DNA of 64,000 bases from an uncultured Pelagibacteraceae bacterium (GTDB lineage: Bacteria > Pseudomonadota > Alphaproteobacteria > Pelagibacterales > Pelagibacteraceae): NCBI GenBank assembly GCA_902618855.1, contig CACNCD010000005.1, positions 23,907 to 87,906 of the forward strand, in the 5' to 3' direction. Under the pieces are notes generated by a model. It was not told the origin of the DNA. It saw nothing but the letters and a program-made list of their open reading frames with translations, and did no database searches. Below are positions 11,070 through 21,352 of the stretch, piece after piece. The position numbers and the translations under genes are program-made. Within the stretch, counting starts at the first letter, position 1, and each line of letters opens with the position of its first letter.

Positions 11070-12523
11070 TTAATCCACCAATCGCTTGTATTTAATTTAA
11101 AATTAATTTTTTCTTCCATAGAGTATGCAATATTTAGAATTCCCTGTTCATCAAAAGGTTTTCCAATAAGCTGGAGTCCTAATGGATAGTTGTTTTCATC
11201 TAAACCTGCTGGAATTGAAATACCAGGTAATCCTGCTAAATTTACAGGAACGGTAAAAATGTCATTTAAATACATAGAAACGGGGTCGTTCATTTTCTCA
11301 CCTACTTTAAAGGCTGAGCTTGGTGTAGAAGGAGTTAAAATTGCATCAACTTTATTAAAAGCTTCATCAAAATCGTTTTTTATAAGTTTTCTTACTTTTT
11401 GAGCTTTAAGATAGTAAGCATCATAATAACCTGATGAAAGAACATATGTGCCTATCATAATTCTTCTTTTAACTTCGTCACCAAATCCTTGAGATCTAGT
11501 TTTTTCATACATATCAATTAAATTTTCACCCTCGACTCTAAATCCATATTTCACTCCGTCATATCTGGCTAGATTTGAAGATGCCTCTGCTGGTGCAACT
11601 ATATAATAAGTAGGAAGAGCATATTTTGTGTGTGGTAAAGAAATATCAATAATTTCAGCCCCACAATTTTTTAAATATTCTTTACCATTTTCCCATAATT
11701 TTTCTATTTCAGCAGGCATTCCTTCAACTCTATATTCTTTAGGAATACCAATTTTTTTGCCTTTAATATTTTTATTAAGATGAGAAAAATAATTTGGCCG
11801 TTTAAAATCAATTGATGTTGAGTCTTTGTTATCGAATGAACTTATTACCTCAAGTAAAAGCGCACAATCTTTAACATCTCTTGTCATTGGACCTGCCTGA
11901 TCTAAAGAGGATGCAAAAGCAACTATTCCGTATCTAGAACAACTTCCATACGTAGGCTTTAATCCTACAGTTCCTGTGAAAGAAGCTGGTTGTCTAATTG
12001 ATCCACCTGTATCAGTACCAATGGTAGCTGGTGTAAGTTTTGCGGCTAAAGCAGAAGCAGAACCACCCGAAGAACCTCCAGGTACTAAATTATTATCAAT
12101 TGGGCTTAAAACATTTCCAAAATGACTTGTTTCATTTGATGAGCCCATAGCAAATTCATCACAATTCAATTTTCCTAGTAATATAGCTCCTGAATTCCAG
12201 AGATTTTGAGTAACGGTAGACTCATAACTTGGAACAAAATTTTCTAAAATTTTACTACCTGCTGTTGTTTTAACATTTTTTGTACAATAAAGATCTTTAA
12301 CTGCTATAGGAATGCCTGGAAGTTTTTTTTCAAGATCTGGTTTAGAATCAAATTTTTTTGAATTTGCTAGAGCATCATCGAAAGTTTCTTCGATATAAGT
12401 ATTTAGTTTTTTTGATGATTTTGATCTTTCTATATAATTAGAAGTAATATCTTTTGAGCAAATTTCTTTAGATTTAATTTTTTTAACAAGCTCAGTTAAT
12501 GTTAAATTTGTTATATCAGTCAT
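11066..12523 (-). CDS. gatA: Asp/Glu-tRNA amidotransferase subunit A
   Basis: Amidase signature [31 protein letters not shown]; ATG at 12523 overlapping the gatC stop. Confidence 0.98.
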   Translation of the reverse strand: MTDITNLTLTELVKKIKSKEICSKDITSNYIERSKSSKKLNTYIEETFDDALANSKKFDSKPDLEKKLPGIPIAVKDLYCTKNVKTTAGSKILENFVPSYESTVTQNLWNSGAILLGKLNCDEFAMGSSNETSHFGNVLSPIDNNLVPGGSSGGSASALAAKLTPATIGTDTGGSIRQPASFTGTVGLKPTYGSCSRYGIVAFASSLDQAGPMTRDVKDCALLLEVISSFDNKDSTSIDFKRPNYFSHLNKNIKGKKIGIPKEYRVEGMPAEIEKLWENGKEYLKNCGAEIIDISLPHTKYALPTYYIVAPAEASSNLARYDGVKYGFRVEGENLIDMYEKTRSQGFGDEVKRRIMIGTYVLSSGYYDAYYLKAQKVRKLIKNDFDEAFNKVDAILTPSTPSSAFKVGEKMNDPVSMYLNDIFTVPVNLAGLPGISIPAGLDENNYPLGLQLIGKPFDEQGILNIAYSMEEKINFKLNTSDWWIK

Positions 12524-12810
12524 CACTCTACCACTTTCGGTACCACAAAATAATCTTTATTATCTTTTGGAGAATTTTTAAGGATATCTTCTCTTATATT
12601 TTTAGATAAAATTTGATCTTTTCTGAATCTTAGAGTTGTTTCTGCAATTGATGTTAAAGGCTCAACTTTGTCTGTATTTAATTCGTTTAGTTTCTCAATC
12701 CATTTAAATATTGAGTTTAAATCTTTCTCAAGTTTCTTGGCTTTTTGATCATCAATTGAAATTCTTGATAATTTAGATATGTGTTTAACGGTTTTAAGAT
12801 CTATAGTCAT
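12523..12810 (-). CDS. gatC: Asp/Glu-tRNA amidotransferase subunit C
   Basis: [25 protein letters not shown]. Confidence 0.96.
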   Translation of the reverse strand: MTIDLKTVKHISKLSRISIDDQKAKKLEKDLNSIFKWIEKLNELNTDKVEPLTSIAETTLRFRKDQILSKNIREDILKNSPKDNKDYFVVPKVVE

Positions 12811-12828
12811 ATGATAATTAGATCTATC

Positions 12829-12836
12829 ATTATAAT
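12829..12836. promoter_or_regulatory. Overlapping bidirectional -10 elements for gatC and ruvX
   Basis: ATTATAAT reads TATAAT on both strands (plus 12831-12836, minus 12834-12829) in the middle of a 39-bp divergent spacer. Confidence 0.45.
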
Positions 12837-12849
12837 AGAAAAATACAAC

Positions 12850-13305
12850 ATGATCACTATTGATGAACTTAAGAGTAAAATTGATAAAAAATCACGATTA
12901 CTAGGTATTGATATTGGTACAAAAAGGATTGGTATATCGATATCTGATGACAAAAGATTAATTGCTATGCCTTTAAAAACTGTTGAACCCTCATCCCTAA
13001 ACGAATTTATCAAAGAAATTAAATATTTAGTTAATGAAAATAACATTCAAGGATTAATTATTGGTGATCCAATTAATATGGATGGTACAAAGGGTAAATC
13101 TTCTCAGTCTGTTAAGGATAAATCTATTATAATCAATAGAGAGGTCAATATTCCCATAATTTTATGGGATGAAAGATTATCAACCGTGGGTGCATTTAAT
13201 TTATCAAGCCAATTGGATATAAATGTTTCTAAAAGAGTAAAAAAAATTGACGAAAATGCAGCTACATTCATACTTCAAGGGGCTCTGGATTATTTAAATA
13301 ATTAA
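12850..13305 (+). CDS. ruvX: RuvX/YqgF pre-16S rRNA nuclease
   Basis: LLGIDIGTKRIGISISD, IIGDPINMDG, WDERLST, IDENAATFILQGAL; start moved to ATG 12850. Confidence 0.93.
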   Translation: MITIDELKSKIDKKSRLLGIDIGTKRIGISISDDKRLIAMPLKTVEPSSLNEFIKEIKYLVNENNIQGLIIGDPINMDGTKGKSSQSVKDKSIIINREVNIPIILWDERLSTVGAFNLSSQLDINVSKRVKKIDENAATFILQGALDYLNN

Positions 13306-13308
13306 TAC

Positions 13309-13337
13309 TTGCAATAATTCTTCATAATAGTTATAGA
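13309..13337 (+). promoter_or_regulatory. Sigma70-like promoter of pyrB
   Basis: TTGCAA-N17-TATAGA ending 10 nt before the pyrB ATG. Confidence 0.5.
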
Positions 13338-13347
13338 GTTAATTTTA

Positions 13348-14292
13348 ATGGCAATAAATTCTAATAAAGCTATTAAGATTTCAAAAAAACATCTCCTAGG
13401 TATTCAAGATTTAACTGTTTCTGATGTAAATTTAATACTTTCTGAATCAAAAAAATTCATTTCTGTTAACAAAAGTAAAAATAAAAAGGTTGATATTTTA
13501 AAAGGTAAAACACAAATTAATTTGTTTTTCGAACCGTCTACTCGTACACAAAGTTCTTTTGAATTAGCAGGAAAAAGACTCGGTGCAGATGTAATGTCAA
13601 TGAATATTACTAACTCTGCAATTAAAAAAGGTGAAACATTGATAGATACGGCTATGACACTTAATGCAATGCATCCAGATATAATAGTAGTAAGGCATCA
13701 AGACTCTGGGGCTTGTAATCTTTTATCACAAAAAGTTAATTGCGCTGTATTAAATGCCGGTGACGGAAGAAGAGAGCATCCTACACAAGCATTGCTTGAT
13801 GCTTTAACAATTATTGATAGAAAAAATAAAATACAAGGTTTGAGAATAGCTATATGTGGTGACATTCTTCATTCGAGAGTTGCTAGATCTAACATTTATT
13901 TGCTGAACATGTTAGGTGCTGAAATAAATATTGTTGCACCTTCAAATCTACTTCCCAAAGATATTAATAAGCTAGGAGTAAATACTTTTTCAGATATGAA
14001 AAAAGGATTAAAAGACTGTGATATAGTAATGATGTTAAGATTACAAAATGAAAGAATGACAAGTTCTTTTTTATCATCAAACAGAGAGTACTATGAGTAT
14101 TATGGATTAACTCCAGATAAATTGGAGGAAGCAAAAAATGATGCATTGATAATGCATCCAGGTCCAATGAACCGGGGTATAGAAATCGATACTCGACTAG
14201 CTGATGATATAAACAAAAGTGTAATTAAAGAACAAGTTGAATTAGGAGTAGCAGTGAGAATGGCTTGTTTAAAAATTTTTTGCGAAAAATGA
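13348..14292 (+). CDS. pyrB: Aspartate carbamoyltransferase catalytic subunit
   Basis: [41 protein letters not shown]. Confidence 0.98.
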   Translation: MAINSNKAIKISKKHLLGIQDLTVSDVNLILSESKKFISVNKSKNKKVDILKGKTQINLFFEPSTRTQSSFELAGKRLGADVMSMNITNSAIKKGETLIDTAMTLNAMHPDIIVVRHQDSGACNLLSQKVNCAVLNAGDGRREHPTQALLDALTIIDRKNKIQGLRIAICGDILHSRVARSNIYLLNMLGAEINIVAPSNLLPKDINKLGVNTFSDMKKGLKDCDIVMMLRLQNERMTSSFLSSNREYYEYYGLTPDKLEEAKNDALIMHPGPMNRGIEIDTRLADDINKSVIKEQVELGVAVRMACLKIFCEK

Positions 14293-15575
14293 AAAAAAAA
14301 TATTTTCTAAATGCTAATATTATAGATCCAAAAAATTCAATTGATGAGGTTGGAGGTTTAATTATAAGCGAAGAAGGGAAAATAGAAGCAGTTGGTAAAA
14401 AAGTTAATAAAAATAATATTCCATCAAGAGAAAAATATATTGATCTTAAAGATAAATACCTATTTCCTGGACTAGTAGATATGAGAGTTTTTGTAGGGGA
14501 ACCTGGTTATGAATATAAGGAAAATTTTAAAACTCTGAGTAATGCTGCAATTGCAGGAGGAGTGACCTCTGTTGTAACAATGCCTAATACCTCACCTGTA
14601 ATTGACAACGTATCAATTGTTGATTTTTTAAAAAGAAGAGGTCGAGACAAGGCAAAAATAAATATTTTTCCTGCTGCTTCTATGACTAAAAATCTTGAGG
14701 GCACCAATATGACTGAGTTTGGTTTGCTAAAAAATAAAGGAATTGTAGGTTTTACAGATGGATCAAAAACAATTCAGAATACAAGACTTATGTCTAGAAT
14801 AATGAGATCTGCTTATGATTTAGACTGCTTAATAATGCAACATGCTGAAGATCAAGAACTTTCTCAAAATGGACTGGTTAATGATGGTATAATATCAACA
14901 AAGCTTGGTCTTCAAGGAATACCAGATTTAGCTGAAAAAATAATTATTGAAAGAGATCTTACACTTTTAGAAGATTTTAATTGTAGATATCATATCTCTC
15001 AAATCTCATCAGCCAAATCAATAGATGTTATTTCTCAAAAAAAAAATAATGTTAATTTTACAACTGGAGTATCAATTAACAATTTATCACTAAATGAAAA
15101 TGATATAGGAGATTTTAGAACCTTTTTAAAACTATCGCCTCCCCTAAGAACAGAAGAAGATAGAGTTTCACTGGTAAAAGCAATTAATAAAGGTTTAATT
15201 GACGTTATTGTGTCAGACCATAAACCTGAAGATGAGGAATCTAAGAGATTAACTTTTTCTCAAGCAGCTACAGGAGCTTCTGGTATAGAAACTCTTCTAG
15301 CATTATCATTAGAACTATTCCATAATGGTTCGGTAAAATTATTTAAGTTAATCGAATTATTAACAAATAATCCCGCAAAAATTTTAAAAATAAACAAAGG
15401 CAATCTTTCTGTTGGAAACGATGCTGATTTTTGTATAGTTGATATTTACAAACCATGGATTGTTAAAAAAGAAAAAATTATCTCTAAGTCTAAAAATACT
15501 TGTATTGAAGATAAAAAATTGCAGGGTTTAGTCACTAATACATTTGTAAAAGGTGAAGAATTATTTAAAATTTAA
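14289..15575 (+). CDS. pyrC: Dihydroorotase-like protein (probably the inactive PyrC' type)
   Basis: [41 protein letters not shown]; several metal-ligand His residues replaced. Confidence 0.88.
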   Translation: MKKKYFLNANIIDPKNSIDEVGGLIISEEGKIEAVGKKVNKNNIPSREKYIDLKDKYLFPGLVDMRVFVGEPGYEYKENFKTLSNAAIAGGVTSVVTMPNTSPVIDNVSIVDFLKRRGRDKAKINIFPAASMTKNLEGTNMTEFGLLKNKGIVGFTDGSKTIQNTRLMSRIMRSAYDLDCLIMQHAEDQELSQNGLVNDGIISTKLGLQGIPDLAEKIIIERDLTLLEDFNCRYHISQISSAKSIDVISQKKNNVNFTTGVSINNLSLNENDIGDFRTFLKLSPPLRTEEDRVSLVKAINKGLIDVIVSDHKPEDEESKRLTFSQAATGASGIETLLALSLELFHNGSVKLFKLIELLTNNPAKILKINKGNLSVGNDADFCIVDIYKPWIVKKEKIISKSKNTCIEDKKLQGLVTNTFVKGEELFKI

Positions 15576-15578
15576 ATC

Positions 15579-16157
15579 ATGGAAGTATTTTTTATAGCTT
15601 TAGTTTCATATTTACTTGGCTCAATACCATTTGGTTTTTTATTAACAAAATTATTTTTAAAACAAGATATAAGAAATATTGGATCAGGAAATATTGGTGC
15701 TACCAATGTATTAAGAACTGGAAATAAACTTATAGGTTTCTCTACCTTATTTCTAGATATTTTAAAAGCTGTTATCCCTATTATTTTTATTAAATATAAC
15801 TTTCCAGATTATATATTTATATCTTCTTTATCTGTATTTTTAGGTCACGTTTTTCCTGTTTGGTTAAAATTTAAAGGTGGCAAAGGTGTAGCAACTTATG
15901 TTGGTATACTATTTTGTATAAATTATGTTCTTGGATTTGTTTTTATTATTAGTTGGTTTATTATTTTTCTTCTATCAAAATATTCATCGCTCTCTTCTTT
16001 GCTAGCTTCATTGATTATTCCCATATATCACTTTTTTTTAATCGGTGATAAAAATCATTTTTTCTTTATAATTTTATTTATTTTAATTTTTTATACCCAT
16101 AGAGAAAATATAAAACGCTTAAAAAATAATACTGAATCGAAGACAAAAATTTATTAA
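15579..16157 (+). CDS. plsY: Glycerol-3-phosphate acyltransferase PlsY
   Basis: YLLGSIPFG, GSGNIGATNVLR, GHVFPVWLKFKGGKGVAT, HRENIKRL. Confidence 0.97.
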   Translation: MEVFFIALVSYLLGSIPFGFLLTKLFLKQDIRNIGSGNIGATNVLRTGNKLIGFSTLFLDILKAVIPIIFIKYNFPDYIFISSLSVFLGHVFPVWLKFKGGKGVATYVGILFCINYVLGFVFIISWFIIFLLSKYSSLSSLLASLIIPIYHFFLIGDKNHFFFIILFILIFYTHRENIKRLKNNTESKTKIY

Positions 16158-16158
16158 T

Positions 16159-16186
16159 TTGACTATCTAAGTGTTTTATGTAGGTT
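16159..16186 (+). promoter_or_regulatory. Sigma70-like promoter of topA
   Basis: TTGACT-N16-TAGGTT ending 8 nt before the topA ATG. Confidence 0.45.
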
Positions 16187-16194
16187 CTGAGTAA

Positions 16195-18741
16195 ATGAAT
16201 CTAGTGATTGTAGAAAGTCCTGCAAAAGCCAAAACGATTAATAAATATTTGGGTGATAATTTTACAGTTTTAGCTAGTTATGGTCACATTAGAGATTTGC
16301 CCTCCAAAAATGGCTCAGTAAATCCAGAAGAAAAATTTAAAATGATTTGGGAAGTTGATACCTTCTCAAAGAAATATTTAAAAGAAATAACTGATGCTGC
16401 AAAAAATTCTAATAAAATTATTTTGGCTACTGACCCGGATCGTGAAGGTGAAGCTATAGCTTGGCATGTCAAAGAATACTTAGATGAAAAAAAACTATTA
16501 AAAGATAAAAAAATTGAAAGAGTTGTTTTTAATGAGATTACTAAAAAAGCTGTAACAAAAGGAATAGACAATCCAAGAAATATAGAGCCCAACCTGGTTG
16601 ATGCATATATGGCAAGACGCGCATTAGATTATTTAGTTGGATTTAACATATCACCAATCTTATGGACAAAATTACCTGGCTCAAAATCTGCAGGTAGAGT
16701 TCAATCTGTTGCATTAAGATTGCTTACAGAGAGAGAACATGAAATTGAATTATTTAAACCTGAGGAATTTTGGACCTTAAATGTAATTTTTAAAACTAAA
16801 AATGGAGATGTGCTTAACTCTAATACAGTTTTAATTAATAACAAAAAAATAGAAAAGTTTTCCTTTAAAAATAAAGATGAAATAAATAAATCAATATCTC
16901 TTATTAAAGAAAATAAATATAAAATATCAGATATAAATTCAAAAATTTATACTAGAAATCCTCTAGGTCCTTTTACCACTTCAACTCTTCAACAAACTGC
17001 TTCGAGTAAATTAGGATTTGGTGCATCTAGAACAATGCAAATTGCACAAAGATTATATCAAGGAATTGATATTGAGGGTGATACGGTTGGTTTAATTACT
17101 TATATGAGAACTGATGGAACTAATATATCTAATGATGCAGTCACTGATTTTAGAAACTTTATAAAGAATTCATATGGAGAAAACTATCTTCCAAAAGAAC
17201 CAAACAACTATTCTGGTAAAAAAGCAAAAAATGCTCAAGAGGCTCATGAAGCGATAAGACCAACTGATATAACTAGAACACCAGAAACAATGAAGAAATT
17301 TTTAAGCACAGATCAAATTAAATTATATGATTTAATATGGTCTAGAGCACTTTCGTCCCAAATGGAATCTGCAAAGTTTGATAGAAAAACTATTACTATT
17401 GTTTCAGATGATAATTCAAATCAATTCAAATGCTCTGGATCTACAGTAAAATTTGATGGTTTTTTAAAACTTACAAGAATAGAAGACGAGGACGAGAAGA
17501 TTTTGCCAGAGGTGAACAAAGAAGAAGTTCTTATAAATGATTTTATCGACGAACAACATTTTACTCAACATCCGCCAAGATACTCTGAAGCAAGCTTAGT
17601 TAAGAAACTGGAAGAGTTAGGTATAGGAAGGCCATCAACTTATGCAAGTATTATTTCTGTTATTTCCAATAGAGGTTATGCTGATATTGTAAATAAACGT
17701 TTCTTTCCCACTGATAGAGGAAAATTATTGTCAGCTTTTCTAGAAAAATTATTTTCAAAATATGTGGATTATAGCTTTACTGCAAATTTAGAAGAACAAC
17801 TTGACGATATTACCGCTGGTAAGGAGGAGTGGATTAAAGTTCTTGATAATTTTTGGAAAGATTTCAATAATAATGTATCAAATGTAAAAGAAAAAAGAAC
17901 TAGAGAGGTTTTAGATCTTTTAAATGAAAGCCTTGGAGAACTAATCTTTGAGTCAGATGAAAACGGTAAAATAAATAGAAAATGTAAGTTATGTGATACC
18001 GGTGAGCTAAGCTTAAAAAATAGCTTTAGAGGCGGCGCTTTTATAGGATGCTCAAATTATCCTGATTGTAAATTTACAAGACCTTTATCTAAATCAAAGG
18101 CTAATGACCAAATTGCTTTAGCTGAACCGAAATTAATAGGTCAAAATGAAAATGGAAAAGAAATTTATTTAAAAAGTGGAAGATTTGGACCTTATCTACA
18201 ATATGAAGTTATAGATGAAGTGAAACAATCAAAAAAGAATAAAAAGAAAAAAGATAATAATAATTTAAAAAATGTATCAATTCCAAAAGGAATTGAAATA
18301 GATCAAATTAATTTGGAAAAGGCAAAGTACTTATGTTCACTGCCTAAAGTTATTGGTCAACATCCTGACAATGGAAAAGATATAACAATTAATTCTGGAA
18401 GGTTCGGTCCATATCTTAAATGTGAAAATAAATCTGCAAGATTAGAAAATGTTGATGAAATTTTTACAATCGGTCTTAATAGAGCAATTACATTAATAGC
18501 TGAAGCTAAACCAGGTAGAATTTCATCTTCTTTAATTAAAGATCTTGGTGAACATCCAGAGGATAAAAAACCTGTGAGAATTATGAAAGGACAATATGGA
18601 CCTTATATTAAATATAAATCATTAAATGCAACTATACCTGAAGAAAAAGATCCAACTGAACTTACGATGGAGGAAGCTTTAATATTGATTGAGAAAAGAA
18701 GAGAATACGATAGAAATAAGAAATCAAAAAAAAGAAAATAA
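16195..18741 (+). CDS. topA: DNA topoisomerase I
   Basis: LVIVESPAKAKTI, ATDPDREGEAI, SAGRVQS, ITYMRTD (catalytic Tyr), one Zn ribbon and C-terminal GRFGPY repeats. Confidence 0.98.
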   Translation: MNLVIVESPAKAKTINKYLGDNFTVLASYGHIRDLPSKNGSVNPEEKFKMIWEVDTFSKKYLKEITDAAKNSNKIILATDPDREGEAIAWHVKEYLDEKKLLKDKKIERVVFNEITKKAVTKGIDNPRNIEPNLVDAYMARRALDYLVGFNISPILWTKLPGSKSAGRVQSVALRLLTEREHEIELFKPEEFWTLNVIFKTKNGDVLNSNTVLINNKKIEKFSFKNKDEINKSISLIKENKYKISDINSKIYTRNPLGPFTTSTLQQTASSKLGFGASRTMQIAQRLYQGIDIEGDTVGLITYMRTDGTNISNDAVTDFRNFIKNSYGENYLPKEPNNYSGKKAKNAQEAHEAIRPTDITRTPETMKKFLSTDQIKLYDLIWSRALSSQMESAKFDRKTITIVSDDNSNQFKCSGSTVKFDGFLKLTRIEDEDEKILPEVNKEEVLINDFIDEQHFTQHPPRYSEASLVKKLEELGIGRPSTYASIISVISNRGYADIVNKRFFPTDRGKLLSAFLEKLFSKYVDYSFTANLEEQLDDITAGKEEWIKVLDNFWKDFNNNVSNVKEKRTREVLDLLNESLGELIFESDENGKINRKCKLCDTGELSLKNSFRGGAFIGCSNYPDCKFTRPLSKSKANDQIALAEPKLIGQNENGKEIYLKSGRFGPYLQYEVIDEVKQSKKNKKKKDNNNLKNVSIPKGIEIDQINLEKAKYLCSLPKVIGQHPDNGKDITINSGRFGPYLKCENKSARLENVDEIFTIGLNRAITLIAEAKPGRISSSLIKDLGEHPEDKKPVRIMKGQYGPYIKYKSLNATIPEEKDPTELTMEEALILIEKRREYDRNKKSKKRK

Positions 18742-18742
18742 A

Positions 18743-19204
18743 ATGAATTATGATAAAAGAATTGAAGATTTAAAACTTATTCTTCCTAAAGCTGCTGATC
18801 CAGTTGGTTCTTATGTTGCTATAAGAATTTCTGGTAATTTGCTTTTTATATCTGGTCAAATATCAATGAATGAGAATGGTGAGTTAATTAAAGGAAAACT
18901 AGGTAAAGATTTGAATATAGAAAGCGGTTATAATGCTGCTAAAAGATGTGCTTTAAGTATTGTAGCGCAAGCTAAAAAAGCATGTGGAAACAATTTATCA
19001 AAAATTAAATCATGCATTAAACTTACAGGTTTTGTAAATTCAACAGATGATTTTATAGATCAACCAAAAGTTATTAATGGCGCATCAGATTTGATATCAT
19101 CAATCTTCGGAGATGCTGGAATGCATGCAAGAGCTGCAGTAAGTACAAACAGTCTTCCGTTAGGAGTTGCTGTAGAAGTTGATGCTATTTTTGAATTAAA
19201 TTAG
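18743..19204 (+). CDS. RidA/YjgF family protein
   Basis: LFISGQI, VINGASDL...FGDAGMHARAAVS..LP...AVEVD; start at ATG 18743. Confidence 0.9.
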   Translation: MNYDKRIEDLKLILPKAADPVGSYVAIRISGNLLFISGQISMNENGELIKGKLGKDLNIESGYNAAKRCALSIVAQAKKACGNNLSKIKSCIKLTGFVNSTDDFIDQPKVINGASDLISSIFGDAGMHARAAVSTNSLPLGVAVEVDAIFELN

Positions 19205-19207
19205 TTC

Positions 19208-20506
19208 TTATCTTCCTATACTATAATATTTAAAACCTTGGGCTTTGATTTTATTTGGAGAGTAAATATTTCTCATATCATAAATAATAAATTTTTTACC
19301 TTTTATCAAACTTTTAAAATTGATTGATTTAAAATCATTCCACTCAGTATGAATAATAACAAGGTCTGAACCCTTTATAGCATCTTTAATTGAATTTGAA
19401 TTATAGACATTTTTAATTTTAGAAAACTCTTTTTTAATACCTGTGGGATCAAAATATTTAATTTGAGCGCCTTTTTTAGATAAAGCAGGTATCATTATAA
19501 GACTTGAAGAGTCTCTCATATCATCTGTGTTAGCTTTAAATGTAACTCCTAAAAAGGTTATTTTTTTATTTTTGATTTTTTTGTTTAAAATTTCGTAAAC
19601 TCTATTAAGTAATATTTTTGATCTATTTTTATTTGATTTAATCACTGACTTAACAACAGACAAATTTGTTTTAAACTTATCTGCAGTAGAAGTTATAGCT
19701 TTTGTATCTTTCGGAAAACACGATCCCCCGTAAGCAGGTCCTGCTCTTAAAAATCGACTTCCTATTCTTTTATCAAGGCCCATACCAATCGATATATCCT
19801 CAACATTAACACCAGTTTTTTCACATAAGTTAGCAATTTCGTTAATAAATGTAATTTTTGTAGCTAAAAAAGCATTAGATGCATATTTTATTAATTCAGC
19901 AGCTCTTCTTGATGTTTGTAAATATGAAGCTCCCTTAGAAATCAATGGGCTATAAAGATTCTTTAAAATACGATTAGATTTTTTATCTAGAGTTCCAATT
20001 ACCACTCTATCTGGATATATAAAATCTCTTATAGCCTCTCCTTCTCTAAGAAATTCAGGATTTGATACAACTGAAAATTTATTTTTGTTATTTTTTCTTG
20101 ATAAAATTTTTTCTATTTCGTCTCCAGTGGTGACTGGGACTGTTGATTTGGTAATTACTATTTTAAATTTGTTAATTGAGGAACTGATTTCTTTAGCAAC
20201 ATCATAAATCTGACTAAGATCTGCAGTTGAACTTCCTTTTTTACTTGGGGTTCCTACGCAAATAAAAATGATATCAGATTCACTGACTGATTTTTTTAAA
20301 TTAGTTGAAAAATTCAATCTTTTATTTTTAAAATTTTTGATAACTAGTTCAGATAAACCAGGTTCATAAATTGGAATTTTTCCTTTTTTAAGAAAATTTA
20401 TCTTGTCAGCATTTTTATCAACACAAATTACTTCATTTCCAAGATCAGCAAAACATACACCGCTTACTAAACCTACGTAACCAGTCCCTATCATACATAG
20501 TTTCAT
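19208..20506 (-). CDS. ugd: UDP-glucose 6-dehydrogenase
   Basis: IGTGYVGLV, SNPEFLREG, YGGSCFPKD, FKANTDDMR. Confidence 0.95.
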   Translation of the reverse strand: MKLCMIGTGYVGLVSGVCFADLGNEVICVDKNADKINFLKKGKIPIYEPGLSELVIKNFKNKRLNFSTNLKKSVSESDIIFICVGTPSKKGSSTADLSQIYDVAKEISSSINKFKIVITKSTVPVTTGDEIEKILSRKNNKNKFSVVSNPEFLREGEAIRDFIYPDRVVIGTLDKKSNRILKNLYSPLISKGASYLQTSRRAAELIKYASNAFLATKITFINEIANLCEKTGVNVEDISIGMGLDKRIGSRFLRAGPAYGGSCFPKDTKAITSTADKFKTNLSVVKSVIKSNKNRSKILLNRVYEILNKKIKNKKITFLGVTFKANTDDMRDSSSLIMIPALSKKGAQIKYFDPTGIKKEFSKIKNVYNSNSIKDAIKGSDLVIIHTEWNDFKSINFKSLIKGKKFIIYDMRNIYSPNKIKAQGFKYYSIGR

Positions 20507-21318
20507 GATTTTGAAATTTCCAAAGTTGAATTAATATAACCTTTCATGCTACCACAATCTAAATATTTTCCTGAAAAGTTATGTGCTATGAACTTACTAT
20601 TTTCAAAAATTAATTTTTGAATTGCATCGGTTATATGAACTTCACCGCCTTTACCACTTTTTTGTTTTGACAATTTCGAGAAAATTGTTTTAGGAAGTAT
20701 ATATCTTCCAATGACTGCTTTGTTTGATGGTGCGTTTACAACAGATGGTTTCTCTATAACGTCTTTGATATAATAATTTTTTTTATTTATTTTTTTTCCT
20801 AATTTAAAAATGCCCCATCTTGAAACACTTTTTTTACTTACACTCATACAAGCCATTACAGATGTTTTGTGACGATTGTGAATATCAATCATAGATTTCG
20901 AACAATTTTTTTTTATAATAAGATCGTCTGGTAACAACATTAAAAAAAAATTATCTTTTATAATTTTTTTTGTCTTCAATACAGCATCTCCAGTACCAAG
21001 TGGCTTATTTTGATAAACAAATTTTATAATTTTTTTATATTTTAGTATTTTTTTATATTCATTAATAATTCTGAGATCCTTCTTTTTTTTAATTATTTTT
21101 TTATAAAAGCTATCGCTATAGAAATAGTCCTTGATAGATTTTTTTTTTTTAGAAATTATAAAAATAACTTCTTTAATACCAGCTTCAATACATTCATCTA
21201 AAATATATTCAATACCGGGTTTGCCATTTATAGGTAAAAGTTCCTTGGCAAAAACTGTAGTCAGAGGCAATAATCTTGTACCAAGACCAGCTAGTGGAAT
21301 AATTGCTTGTTTAATCAT
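20503..21318 (-). CDS. galU: UTP--glucose-1-phosphate uridylyltransferase
   Basis: AIIPLAGLGTRLLP, KELLP, Q.KPLGTGDAV, LPDDL, EKP, GEVHITDAI, YLDCG. Confidence 0.9.
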   Translation of the reverse strand: MIKQAIIPLAGLGTRLLPLTTVFAKELLPINGKPGIEYILDECIEAGIKEVIFIISKKKKSIKDYFYSDSFYKKIIKKKKDLRIINEYKKILKYKKIIKFVYQNKPLGTGDAVLKTKKIIKDNFFLMLLPDDLIIKKNCSKSMIDIHNRHKTSVMACMSVSKKSVSRWGIFKLGKKINKKNYYIKDVIEKPSVVNAPSNKAVIGRYILPKTIFSKLSKQKSGKGGEVHITDAIQKLIFENSKFIAHNFSGKYLDCGSMKGYINSTLEISKS

Positions 21319-21352
21319 TTAAATGTTTTACTTATTAAAGAGTTTTATACAA

